DNA from: Chrysomallon squamiferum | Lineage: Eukaryota; Animalia; Mollusca | NCBI GenBank assembly: GCA_012295275.1 | Contig: CM022679.1 | Span: 13,206,001 to 13,270,000, forward strand | Reading direction: 5' to 3' | DNA: 64,000 nucleotides | In this document: one piece after another, positions 22,615-39,265 of the stretch | How positions within the stretch are numbered: position 1 is the first letter of the stretch | How the letters are laid out: each line of letters opens with the position of its first letter | Position numbers and translations under genes: made by a program | The notes under the pieces: model-generated | Told to the model about the DNA's origin: nothing | Database searches by the model: none | Seen by the model: the letters and a program-made list of their open reading frames with translations, nothing else

Positions 22615-23377
22615 ATCTGTTTTATTTTGAATAAAATTACGAATACAAGTTTTTGTGTTTTCTTGCTTTTTTTGCTGTGTGTTCTTCAATAACTAAATAA
22701 TTTACAATAATAATAATCAAAATTATAAAAATAATAAAGATAATAAAAAATAAACAAAGAATAGTAATTTTTACAAATTTATTAAAATTAAATAATAGTG
22801 ATAACAATTGCTGTTAATGTTAAAACCATATCGAACACCAGTGTACGAACTTAACACCCATAATACCAATCAATCAGCTCTCTATTTGCTTATACCAATC
22901 AATATTCAAGCACATATTTCATGGGCCTAGCTTACCTATCCAACACAATCATGGTATTATTACACAGGCTGCTGAATTGTAACCATGGCCTAAGTTACTA
23001 CAAAAAGAGTGGCATTTTGTTTTTTCACACTGAGACAACATAGAGTTTGCTCTGTTTTAATACAGAATTTAATAATGGATACAATATATAATTTAATAAC
23101 AAGTGAATGTGCAGTCAAAGCAGTTTATGAATTATATTTCTTCTTCTTGTATTGTTTTTTTCTTTGTTTATTTTCTTTTAATTAAATTTTAAAATAAATA
23201 AAAGAAAATGAAATATAGACCATATCATGATTCAACTGTCGTTTTTATTTTACTACAGATTTAAAATGTAACAAAACAAATAATGGAATAATGGACGGAT
23301 GCAAACACGCTGAAGTGTTTGTTGAAGATTTAGAAAATATATTTCTCCAGTCTGTTGAGATAATTTGCTTGCTCCAG

Positions 23378-26300
23378 TTAATGATATGGGAACAGTTTAG
23401 TTTCTACTGGCCACACCAAATCTGGGAAAAAATAAATAAAATTCAGATTAAAAAATTGTTGATTAGGATTTAATGTAAAATAACATTATAAACACTAAGT
23501 CAAAAGAAGGCTAATTAACTCAAGATTTTTATGACTGTTTCTATATACTTAAATGAACAATTAAAATAAACTTGAGTTTGAAATACAATAAAAATGAAAA
23601 GAAATCTGACTTTAATATTTAACTAATAAATTAATATTTAAAACTAATGTGTTTCTAAAATTCTTATCTGTTAATCCAGTATTATTCTTTCACTTTCTTG
23701 TCTATGCAGACTGTATCTGTGAGTCCAGTATCATGATTTCATTTGTCTGAACAAGTTAAAACTTATAATTTGTTTATGTTGTTATCTTACCTCCTTCTAG
23801 AGTGACATCAAATGGGTTGTCATACATTTCAATAAGCTCAGATGGCAACAGCATACATGTGTCATCTTGTTCCAGTAGATAGTGTACAGCAGCTAATAAA
23901 AAAAAAAATATATATATATATAAAATACAGTTATTATTCAACACTATACACTGGAAAATAGAATACATAAGTTTATGTCAGATGTTGTACATTTATTATC
24001 AAAACATTTATAAACAATTTAAATAACTGAATTATTTTGAAAATATAAACAGTAACAAATATAAAATATTATTGGTACCAAATACAGAACATGAAAAATA
24101 CCAAATAGTTAACATGAAAAATACCAAATACTTAATATGAAAAATAAGAAATATATAATACACAAAATAACAAATATATACTGTTAATAACATAAGTAAT
24201 AAACATACAATTTTAATACAAACTTATATGCATACACATTTTTATCATGTTTGAAAAACATTTTTCAGTTCAGAACATTATTTTCTTATTATTATTTATT
24301 TATTTATCAATTTTAGGTGTATCTTTTTACTTAAATTTTTTTATTTTAATATTTTTATTATTTATTTATTTATTTGTTTGTTTGTTTGTTTTTCGTTTTT
24401 GTTTTTGATTGTTTGTTTATTTGTTTGTTTGTTGTTGTGAAGGATGATAGTGTATCAAATAAGTTATTATCTTTATTTTTCAGTCCTTGCTATGACATTT
24501 ACCTTGTTGTGGTAGATGTTCAGGAATTCTTTCATGCAGACAGTCTAAGACATTTTTCACTGAAGCCTAGGGATAACAAAATAATCATTTAAATAATTTA
24601 AATTGTGAAAATTAAAACTGGATTGGTAAATACTAATTTATTTTAAAAATTTAAAGACATAAAAAAAAAAATAATAATAATTATAAATAAAGAAATAAAG
24701 ATGTTTTAATTCTGTAATTTGAAGAAGAAAACACAATTTTAAAAGAAATTAAAATAACATATTTAACACACATTTAATATCTTTTTATACAGTTAAAGAT
24801 GAGATGAAGATTGTTTTGGCTTTGTTGTTTTTGTTGTTTACATTATGCATTATTTTTCACAAACTTATAATACCTGTTACCTCATAATATTAAAAAAATT
24901 ATAATTAAATTGCTAATAAACTAGTTAAATGAATAAGAATATTGTAACTGACCTTTGGCTGAAGTGACAGGTAGCTGCCGAGTTTGAGAAGCTGAGTTAG
25001 AACATCAACAACAAGATCGTCTATTGTCCCCGAGGGTTCAAATGCCTCCATTCTGTGAGCCTCGATGTCAAGTACACGAAAATTCCAGTGTTGGTACATT
25101 CGACTGGGAATGTGTGTGTGTTAAAGATAAATATAATTTCAAATAATATATTATCAGTAATTAAAAGTCATGAAAATAGGATATACATCCTAGATAAAAT
25201 ATAATCTGTTTTAAAAGAGTATAAAAGGATATGTCATGTGAGATGATGAGGATCTTGGCAACTGACTCAAAGCTGTCCACACTGGAAAGATCCTGCTGCA
25301 CAAATCTGATGACTTTCAGCAGTGTTTCTGATGATGACTACAATGTTTAAACAAAAAAACATCCATCAATAATCATTTTAATAAAAAGAGTAGAAAACAA
25401 GCTCCCATTAATATATCTGATCATCTCTGATCATCATATTTAAATATAAAATATGGTTGCATTTATTCCAAACATTTACTTGTCAATCCTTTTAACTGTA
25501 GCTGTCAGGACTCATGAACTGTTTTAAATATTTTAAATATTTGATATTGTACAAAGCTTAATGGTTTATATCTCACATGTCTATAGTTAATCACATGAGT
25601 CTCTTTCTCTCTTTGTGTGTGTGTCAGGGTGTATGTATTCTTAGTTTTCTGAACATGAAAATGCTTATTAAGTGCAGACAAACCTCAAGCACATGGACAA
25701 TGTGTTTCATGTAGATCAACATCAGCCCTGTTGCTGGCTCACTCTGGAAATCCTCCTGAAGTTTCTTGAGATGTTTCTCATAGTGATCTGAACAGTAACA
25801 AAATACAGTTTTAACAGTAGCCAGAATGTATTATGAAAAGTAACTAACTTATAATATGAAAGTAATAATATGTAATATTTATAATTATTGATATATCATA
25901 TGAATAGTAACTAATATATAATATGTATAATAACTAATACATAATATGAAGAGTAACTAATATATAATATGTATAATAACTAACACATACTATGAAGAGT
26001 AACTAATATATAATATGTATAATAACTAATATGTAATAAGAATAGTAACTAATATATAATATGTATAATAACTAACACATAACATGAACAGTAACTAATA
26101 TATAATATGTATAATAACTAATATGTAATAAGAACAGTAACTAATATATAATATGTATAATAACTAACACATAATATGAAGAGTAACTAATATATAATAT
26201 GTATAATATCTAATACATAACATGAACAGTAACTAATATATAATATGTATAATAATTAATATGTAATAAGAACAGTAAATAACACATAATATGAAGAGTA

Positions 26301-29300
26301 ACTAATATATAATAATAACTAATACATAGTTACTAATGCATAATATGAATAGTAACTAACATACAAAATGAGCAATAACAATTATACAGTATTATCAGTA
26401 ATATTAACAGTACTAAATATACATTATGAATAAAAATAAATGTAAGTAACAATATACAAGGCAAACATTTACTAAAATACAATGTGAACAGTAACAAATA
26501 TACTACTGGAATAATAAAGAATACATAGTCACTTTATACTGATTAATATCTAAGCTCAGGGAATAATAGAATATGATTGTTTTAATTTTATATTCAATAA
26601 TGAAATGTGAATAAGCATTTTAAATCTAACCAACAATATTTATCTGTTGTTAGCAAGTGATAACTTGATAAAAAATACATATTTACACCTGTGTTAATAT
26701 ACTTACTGCCAACTTCAGACCTGTCAAAGTTTTCATCTTTCAGTTTGGAGATATATACAAGACGATGAATCTGACATTTCTGAAAAATAAAGTAATTAAC
26801 ATGAAACAAATCACATTCAAAAGACTTTCAGACATAAATGAATGAATGGCTGGTAATTAGTTAATGTTTAATATGACTCCTGTCATAAATATATGTCAGC
26901 TGTATGAATTAATATACCCAACCTGCCTAACATTATGAAAATAAAAGATCAGAAAATAACGAAAGACATGATATATCAGATTATCATAAGAAACACAATT
27001 TTTACCAATTTGTCTGAAACAGGGTCATTTCTAGAAACCTCCAAGTAACTTTTCTTTGGCCAGTCGAAGTCACATTTACCTCCCTTCCCTTTCTTCTTCC
27101 ACTGACCAGGTGAATTAGAACCACTGACAGCTGACATTTTGTCCACTGTATTGTCAGTGGACTGTTTTTTAACATCCATAATAGATTTTTTAATTTTTTT
27201 TTTTTTTTTTAAAGTATTAATATTACAATTTTAATTAATCTGTTATATATATATATAAATATTACTAAAATATACAGACAGTGAAAATGATGGATGCAGT
27301 GATATATGAAAAGCTAATCTCGAAAGTGAGTTTGTTTTGTGTACAGTGAAACTTGAACTTGGCAGTGTTTTATTATACAGAATGAACTGATCTGACTGCT
27401 TTCTTGATAGCAGTCATGACAACATTGTGAAGAGTGTATGTTGCGTCAATAGATGTATTTGTTCAAGAGGCTCAGTAATCAAAAGAGCCTTTCACAACAA
27501 AATAAATGTTCCTTCCTTTAAAAGCCTGCCTTCTTATTGAATTTCACTTTTTCTAGTTTCTTTATAATGAACTGGTCATATCACTTGCACACCTCATGAA
27601 ATTAACACCAGGTATAGACTGTTTCTAAGAGACAGACAATAAAGCTGTCTTAAGTAAATAATACTTGTGGGTTCAAATACTTTCAAAGCTGAGAAGAGGT
27701 TATTTGAACAGAGAGAATTGAGCTGATTCATAAAAGTGAAATGATATCCTCACTGTGATATTTGATATATATGAGATTGAAGTAGTACTACATTTTCACT
27801 GGGTAATAATATATGGCTTAAAAACTGTCTTTGAAAATATTTTGGATGAAATCTTGATTCTTTGCACCATCAAAATTGAAATCTCAAAAGATTGCATTCT
27901 ATGCAAATTAACATTTATTTCCAGTTTTGTTTTAGAGCAAATAAAGGTAAGTTATATAAAAAAAATAATACTGTAATCAAAGTTTATATTTTTATTTCAA
28001 AAGGTGAGCTCTTGTTAGTTTCATAATATAGACTTAAAAAAAAGAAAAAAAAAAAAAAAAAAAAAAAGAAATTTACATTTAAATGTGTTTCATTTAATTT
28101 TTTTTTTTTTTTTTTTAAATATATTTATATTGATGTTTATTACTTCAAACTATAAAAAAATTAAATATGTACTTTCTTTAAAATTTAGTATATATATTCC
28201 ACATATAAAAAAATATTTTGTTACTAGTATTAGTTTCAGTTTATTACTGAAGTTAATATTTTATTTTCATTAAAAAACAGTAAAATACTGGACATTTCTA
28301 ATTATAAAAGTTACAATGGATGTATTTTCTACCTGTTTTTAAACACACACTCCCCCCAAAAATGTCAATATGTCAATAAATGTTATTTATCTCTGTCTTT
28401 CTTCCTGTAGAAATATTATAAGGCAATCGGTGAGAAATCTTTTTAAATGCTGATCAGTTTTCTTTATTGAATAAAGAGAATCTACATGTACATAGAAGAT
28501 GTCACAAACTTAGTAAATTAATTATAAATAATAAAACATTTCAGCATGCCTAAAAGTTATTTAACAGTTACATTGCAACATGTTCAAAAATACAGAAATC
28601 TGTTTTCATATACAAATTTTACAAATTATTCATTACTTAATAATTATACATATATATATAATAAATAATTAACTGAAATGATTTCCAAAGTACTGTAGAA
28701 AACAAATATGAAAATTCTGTTAGATACAATTTACAGAATTTTTTTAAAAAGCAACCACTATTAAACTTCTTTTTTTTGTTATTAATTAATTAGCAAAAAA
28801 ATAAAAATAAAAATATTATTGAATTTCTGATACAAATATGTAATTTATTTAAAACAAGTGTCAAGATAACAGCTTTCTAGATATAATAAATGGTTAACAT
28901 CTATTATGCACAAATAAATGGTTTGAAAAGCTGCAGAGGAATATACATTATTACTCCTCAAAATTTAGCATTTTAATAATAAAAAATCAGTGAACTGTTT
29001 TGTTTTGCATTAATGTAATATTAGTAGTAACGATATCCAATCTTCTATAATAGTAGATCACTGAAATAATTATGTGAAATGAAATAGGTGGTGACTCAGT
29101 TTATTTTGCGTTTTTGTGTTTGACAATAGGCAGTGGAAAAATAAACATGATAGTTCATTTGTGATCTAGGACTGTCTGAATCTAAATTTACAATTAGTGT
29201 AATTTAAAATAACAAATAATAATTATAGCTTATTAGTGATTCCAGTACATTATTTTTTCAGTTAATGTTACCTGACTGTAATAGATTTATTTACTTTTAA

Positions 29301-29977
29301 TTAAAAATACCTCTGGCTCTTCCAAATGCTGCTTCGTTGGAAGAAAGATTATGAATCATATCAAGTGTGTGCATTATATTCTTATACTTTTAGATTTATT
29401 AGCACAAAAAATTCTAACAAAAAGAATATTTTACATATTAGGTTGGATGGCTGATATAATTAGACTTATGTTTATAAATTCATGTTAATTATAATATATA
29501 ATTGGCTTGTATACATAGAATGATAGAGTAGTTTATTGTTATTATTACATTATTATTATTCATTTAATATTGTGATAAGATTTACAGAAAGAGATAATAT
29601 CTTCTTTCTAGCTTTTTCCTCTAATCCTTAAAATTGGTTAACAGGCTAAATAACATATTCTTACAGTTTCAACAAATACAGTATCTATATGTAAACTGCG
29701 TATGCTTCCTCACCCCACTAGTATCGATTATTCATACAGAAAGTCCTACAATAATCAAACAAAGCTTAGAAGCTGATTTATTTCAAATTATTTACTTTTA
29801 TTTATTTGATCTATGTCTTTTTTTTTTTTCAAAGTTGATCAAAAAACATAACCGTTTTATAATACAATCGATAACACCTACTTTATTTAATGTTCTGTTT
29901 CTGTCTTCAATTACTTCCAGTAAAGATGGACGATGAACTTCAAGAAGCAAATCGTCAACACCTTCATCCGACGCCAT
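23378..29977 (-). CDS. TEX47: TEX47 (C7orf62)-like protein. Exons 29977-29882, 26779-26707, 25787-25685, 25337-25233, 25111-24953, 24566-24503, 23892-23791, 23421-23378
   Basis: Spliced translation ...RPSLLEVIEDR..IHRLVYISKL..HYEK..EPATGLMLIYMKHIVHVLESSSETL..KILIISHDIPSRMYQHW..MYDNPFDVTLEGDLVWP follows the remembered vertebrate TEX47 pattern (LHR, EAVTGLLLIYP..HILESSS, SHNIP.R, MYN.P..ITL..VVWP). Confidence 0.85.
25112..25232 (-). other. U12-type (minor spliceosome) AT-AC intron
   Basis: 5' end ATATCCTTTT, branch-like TTATCTTTAAC, 3' end AC; joining gives in-frame SHD|IPSR. Confidence 0.88.
25838..26360. repeat. AT-rich minisatellite, ~22-23-bp monomer with a ~45-bp dimer period
   Basis: Alternating AGTAACTAATATATAATATGTAT and AATAACTAATACATAATATGAAG variants. 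Confidence 0.9.
27006..27179 (-). CDS. Putative alternative first coding exon of the TEX47-like gene
   Basis: ATG-initiated 58 codons ending in a phase-0 donor TTG|GTAAAA, compatible with exon 2. Confidence 0.5.
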
Positions 29978-30020
29978 TTTGTGTATATTACCAAGGAAAC
30001 CAAAGCTTTTCCGGTTCCTT
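29972..30020. promoter_or_regulatory. Putative bidirectional promoter core between TEX47-like and GPANK1
   Basis: YY1-like CGCCATTTT over the ATG, RFX X-box-like ATTACCAAGGAAAC and ETS-like TTCCGGT between divergent genes. Confidence 0.4.
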
Positions 30021-31561
30021 ATAAAACAAAAAATGGTGGAGTCGAAAAAGCGGACTCGACTATGAAGGACCCTTAGCTACATATTATAACCCTTAAATAT
30101 ATGATTATTATTTTTTAACTTATTTATTCTATGTTAATAATATTGTAATTACTTTTTAATTATTTTTTCATATTATTGTTGTTGTTGTTGTTGCTGTTAT
30201 TGTTGTTGTTACTTTTTTCTTTAATAAAAAAAAAAAAAAAGACGCTTATTTCTAGAAATAAAAGGCATATTTCCTTTTTTTTTAAATTACATAAACTTCG
30301 GATATCCGTGTAATTATTTATTTCATAAAATAAAATAACAATAATAATTTTAAAAAAAGAGGAGGAATTTGAAACTTACAATCTATATCCTTTTCTGTTT
30401 AATGGGTTTTTTTTTTTTTTAATGGTTACCTCCCTTGGCTAATAATATTGCTTATGTTGTTTTCACTTTTATAACATTTATTCCGGGTGATCTTTTAATT
30501 ATGACGAAATAGAAGGTACATTTCCATCACTATTTAACTGGTTTATTCAAGGTAAATTATGAAATAAATGTTTTAGTGTTATTGGTATTAATCAAACAGC
30601 CACCGAACTTAACGAATATAATTTTTCTCATGTCAACATTCATATTCATGATATCATCATATTGGCATTGCTATCAGTGTCACTATATTAGTATCAGTAG
30701 ACGGGTTATTATTATAATATATTTTTAATGATTAAAATAAAGAAGTACTTGTTTCGTAGACTAGTTTCTCTAGGTCCAGTATTTTGACATTTAATTTCCG
30801 TTTTCTGTTGTTCATTCTATCATCATTGACGAAGACTTTAAATGTACATAACTAAACTACATTCCAAGAAAAGAAAAAGTATAAAACTCAGGCTTTACAA
30901 GAGTAATACTAGACAAGCAGTAACAGAAATAAAGGTGTAAATATTCCTGGAATATTCAAAATCAATTCTTTTGATATATTGGAAACATAAGAATTGAGAT
31001 AAATATATATTTTTAAAATACTGTTTATTTCTATAGAAATTTTCATAATCACAGTTCTTGATAAGACATTTAGTAAAGAAATTATTATCTCTTTAGTAGT
31101 CATAATTTGTTGTCTTAAGTGACATATACATTATGATACTAAAAATAATTTTTGATAAGGGTTATATTTCTCTGGATGATAAAATTCTATTTTGTGATAC
31201 ATGAATACTGTTTAAGCTGTTTAAGATCTTGCATTTACATTAAATGTCTTTTTGATGAAATCATTTCACAAAATACTAATATGTGTGTCACTTGAAAAAG
31301 ATGCATTTTTATTTTTTATTTTTCATGTTATTTGTTTATTTATTTTGTTGTTGTTTTTTTCAATTAATAATAATTTTATTATAGAATATGTTATCCATTT
31401 CCACCCCATGCTGCCAATTTTTTTTTTTTAACTAAATGCCTATAAAACATTTGTAAGTTTGCAGTACAGTTCACAAAATAAGTAAAATTTGTTTTGTTTC
31501 TTTAATTTTCAGGACAATTCTGTGTTGAGAGAACCATCAAATCCCAAACAATTCATGAAGG

Positions 31562-32965
31562 ATGACACATTCAAGACTTAGAGCCGATTATCAGACTCTA
31601 GTACAGTTTGTACGAGCTTCAGATTTAAACAGAAACAAATTTCAGAATTTAAAATCTTCATCAGCAAAGAATAATTCTGGTAATAATCTTGATGGGCAGA
31701 AAGTTCGAACATTTTATGAGAATGTTATTTCATCAGATTTCGGAGCTTCAGAAGATAAAACAGTTAGAAAAAGATCTTGTTTAAAACAAAAACAAGTGTT
31801 AAAGAAAAGAATAAATAAAAGTCAGCAACATTTGTCAAAACCTGGATTTAGTGGTGAAAATGTTTCAAGAAGAGTTGATCGTGTACAGAGAAAGGCATCA
31901 TGTTCTGTCACTACTTCAAGAAATGATGAGGGAAATGAGGACAAGGAGTCAGTGACAGCGAAATCATCTTTTCCAAGAAATGAATCAAGTGTGGTTTCAG
32001 GAAATCTGGAAATTGATGACAGACTCGGTTTGAGACTGTTAAAACATGCTCAAGATGGCGACATAAAGCAGATTAAAACCTGTCTTGATCAAGGTGTCTC
32101 TGTGGATTTCCAGGATCAGTTCGGCTGGACAGCTCTGATGTGTGCAGCTGTGGGAGGTAACACTGAGACTGTTCAGTTTTTACTAGAAAAACAAAATGCT
32201 GACAGGTTCAAGAAGGACAAGTCTGGATTCACTGCTTCAGATCGTGCAAGACAGAAAAGACAGCATTCTGTAGTTCGGTTTTTTGAAAATTTACCCATGC
32301 CAAAAACTGTTGTGAAGTTAGAACCAGGGTTAAGACAGGTTAAATTAGAACCAGGATCAACACTTGCATCATCAGAACATGAACTAACAAATGTTAATTT
32401 AGAATTTAATTCAACAAGGGTGAAAATAGAACCAGGTTTAACAACAGTCAACTCAGAACAAATTTTAACAAATTCTGAAGCTGTGCCAAATTCTTCTTTG
32501 AATGTGAATACAGAGGTTGACAGCACTTTCTTCTGCAGTGTATGTAAGCAGGAATTTTTTAACACAAATAAAAAAAAGCACGAGACTTCAACAGTTCATC
32601 TGTTCAGCATGCAGCTGAAGCCAAAAGCAAGGAATTACCTTATTCCTGAATCAAATGTAGGTTACAGGATGCTGCTGAAAGGAGGCTGGGATGTGGACAA
32701 AGGTCTGGGACCTGATGGAACTGGTAACAAGTTTCCTGTAAAAACTATCTTGAAGAGAGATCGTAAAGGACTTGGCTCTGATAAGAAAGAGTCAGCCAAA
32801 GTGACACACTTTAGACCACATGATACAAGGGCAGTAATTAACATGAAACGTGTGTCAGAGAGGAAAATGTCTGTACGTACTTTGTCAAAGAGAGCAATGA
32901 GGATGAAAGAAAAGAGGGACAAAGAATGGGAAATAAGACTGAGACAGTACATGAACAGTGACTGA
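31562..32965 (+). CDS. GPANK1: G-patch domain and ankyrin repeat-containing protein 1 (467 aa, single coding exon)
   Basis: FVRAS and FYE motifs, ankyrin repeat DQFGWTALMCAA, zinc finger FCSVCK..HETSTVH, G-patch SNVGYRMLLKGGWDVDKGLGPDGTGNKFPVKT.LKRDRKGLG, C-terminal WEIRLRQYM; acceptor at 31512. Confidence 0.95.
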   Translation: MTHSRLRADYQTLVQFVRASDLNRNKFQNLKSSSAKNNSGNNLDGQKVRTFYENVISSDFGASEDKTVRKRSCLKQKQVLKKRINKSQQHLSKPGFSGENVSRRVDRVQRKASCSVTTSRNDEGNEDKESVTAKSSFPRNESSVVSGNLEIDDRLGLRLLKHAQDGDIKQIKTCLDQGVSVDFQDQFGWTALMCAAVGGNTETVQFLLEKQNADRFKKDKSGFTASDRARQKRQHSVVRFFENLPMPKTVVKLEPGLRQVKLEPGSTLASSEHELTNVNLEFNSTRVKIEPGLTTVNSEQILTNSEAVPNSSLNVNTEVDSTFFCSVCKQEFFNTNKKKHETSTVHLFSMQLKPKARNYLIPESNVGYRMLLKGGWDVDKGLGPDGTGNKFPVKTILKRDRKGLGSDKKESAKVTHFRPHDTRAVINMKRVSERKMSVRTLSKRAMRMKEKRDKEWEIRLRQYMNSD

Positions 32966-33163
32966 AAACCTGTCTTCCTCTTTGTTTTAAGTCAGCATTT
33001 TTACAATTAACGTACTTCCCATCTCTGAATTATAAACATTAAAAATATATTCCATGGAATATGTTCAGAAGAGTAATTTTTTCACATATATCATATATTT
33101 ATCAACATGTAAATAAAGTCTCTTACAGTGATGTTTTGTTGATTTCATTAAGTTATTATTGAT

Positions 33164-33194
<31 letters not shown>

Positions 33195-34081
33195 TAAAAA
33201 ATCATAATAATTTTTTTTTTTTTTAAATTAAAAAATGACAGTTGTATCCTATTCAGCCAATCAAAAGATCACTTACGTAAAAATAGACAAGCACAGATTT
33301 ATGCTCGTAAGAAAAACAGTCTTGTGAATGATGTATTACATAATATTAATAATAATAAAGGATAAGTGTATACTATTCAGCCAGTCAAAATCAGTGGTTT
33401 GTGCCAAAAACAGACCTGCTGGAATCATGCTTTTAACAAGTCTGTTTTTAAAGCTAAACTGCATATAAATAAACCATTGCATTTTAACTCTCGATAAAAG
33501 TTTATTAATATAACAAGTTAATATATATTAATATAAGTACAATAATAAATAAACATAACAATAAGCATTGACTTGTTTTACATAGTTAATAATGCATACA
33601 CTATTTTAAAGCTTCTCCCAATATCTTTGCTATAATATTGACTATATATTGTATTTTAGAGTTTCTTTGTTATTATGCTGCATCCAGTTTGTTTTCTTGC
33701 TTTGAATAAAATTAATACATGAAATTATTAAATATTTCTGCGAGACAAATAAATTATGTAGAAAAAATACATGATTATATGAAACGATTTTGAATTCAAA
33801 TTTTCCAGTTAGACATTACAGTCAGTACTAATTAAGCATAGCTAATTAATTTATTTTATTTTCGTCTTTATATCGTTCAGGTTTCACGTGAGGTACGTCG
33901 TTTCAGACAGTTACTATGTGTTTCATTCCACGATGTTTCCGGTACCTGCCGAGATGCTCTGCTGAGTGAAGCAGTGTTCTGTCGAAGAGTTCCGAATGAG
34001 TTTCCGTGATATTGTTAAAAAATAAAAACCAATTGGCGAAGTTGCGATACGTATTTTTTTGCTATGATAGACAGATAAACT

Positions 34082-34158
<77 letters not shown>

Positions 34159-34276
34159 AAGGCTGAAGTTATAGCTATATTTTCTGACTAATTATGAACT
34201 TACAACTGACACCATATGCTTTTCATGCTTAAAGCAATAATCCGTGGAATTATATACGTTTAAATAATAATTTTCA

Positions 34277-39063
<4,787 letters not shown>

Positions 39064-39151
39064 CTTTCTGTTAAAATAATAATAATAAGATGAAGGACAT
39101 GCCGCTTTAACATGCAGATTTTCTCTTTATTTTCTCTTTAATCAGTATTCC

Positions 39152-39185
<34 letters not shown>

Positions 39186-39265
39186 CTCCTTCATAGTCCA
39201 TTCCTTGACGTGGTGACGGGGTTTGTATATCTCAGTGACCCAAATAGTTGTGCCAGCAGGATCTT
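39186..39265 (+). ncRNA. Degenerate HDV-like ribozyme signature at the element 5' end
   Basis: CTCCTTCA (39186-39193) pairs with TGACGGGG (39214-39221) at 7 of 8 positions around CCA-TTCCTTGACG-TGG, resembling the CCACCTCAACGTGGTG core of ingi/L1Tc and RTE leaders. Confidence 0.45.

Noticed and set aside
25838-26360. CRISPR-like array
   Set aside because: Contiguous degenerate repeats without unique spacers, inside a eukaryotic intron, with no cas genes.
32173-32952. Antisense ORFs over GPANK1 (similarly 17828, 48257, 52109, 56675, 57939)
   Set aside because: Shadow frames of real exons on the opposite strand.
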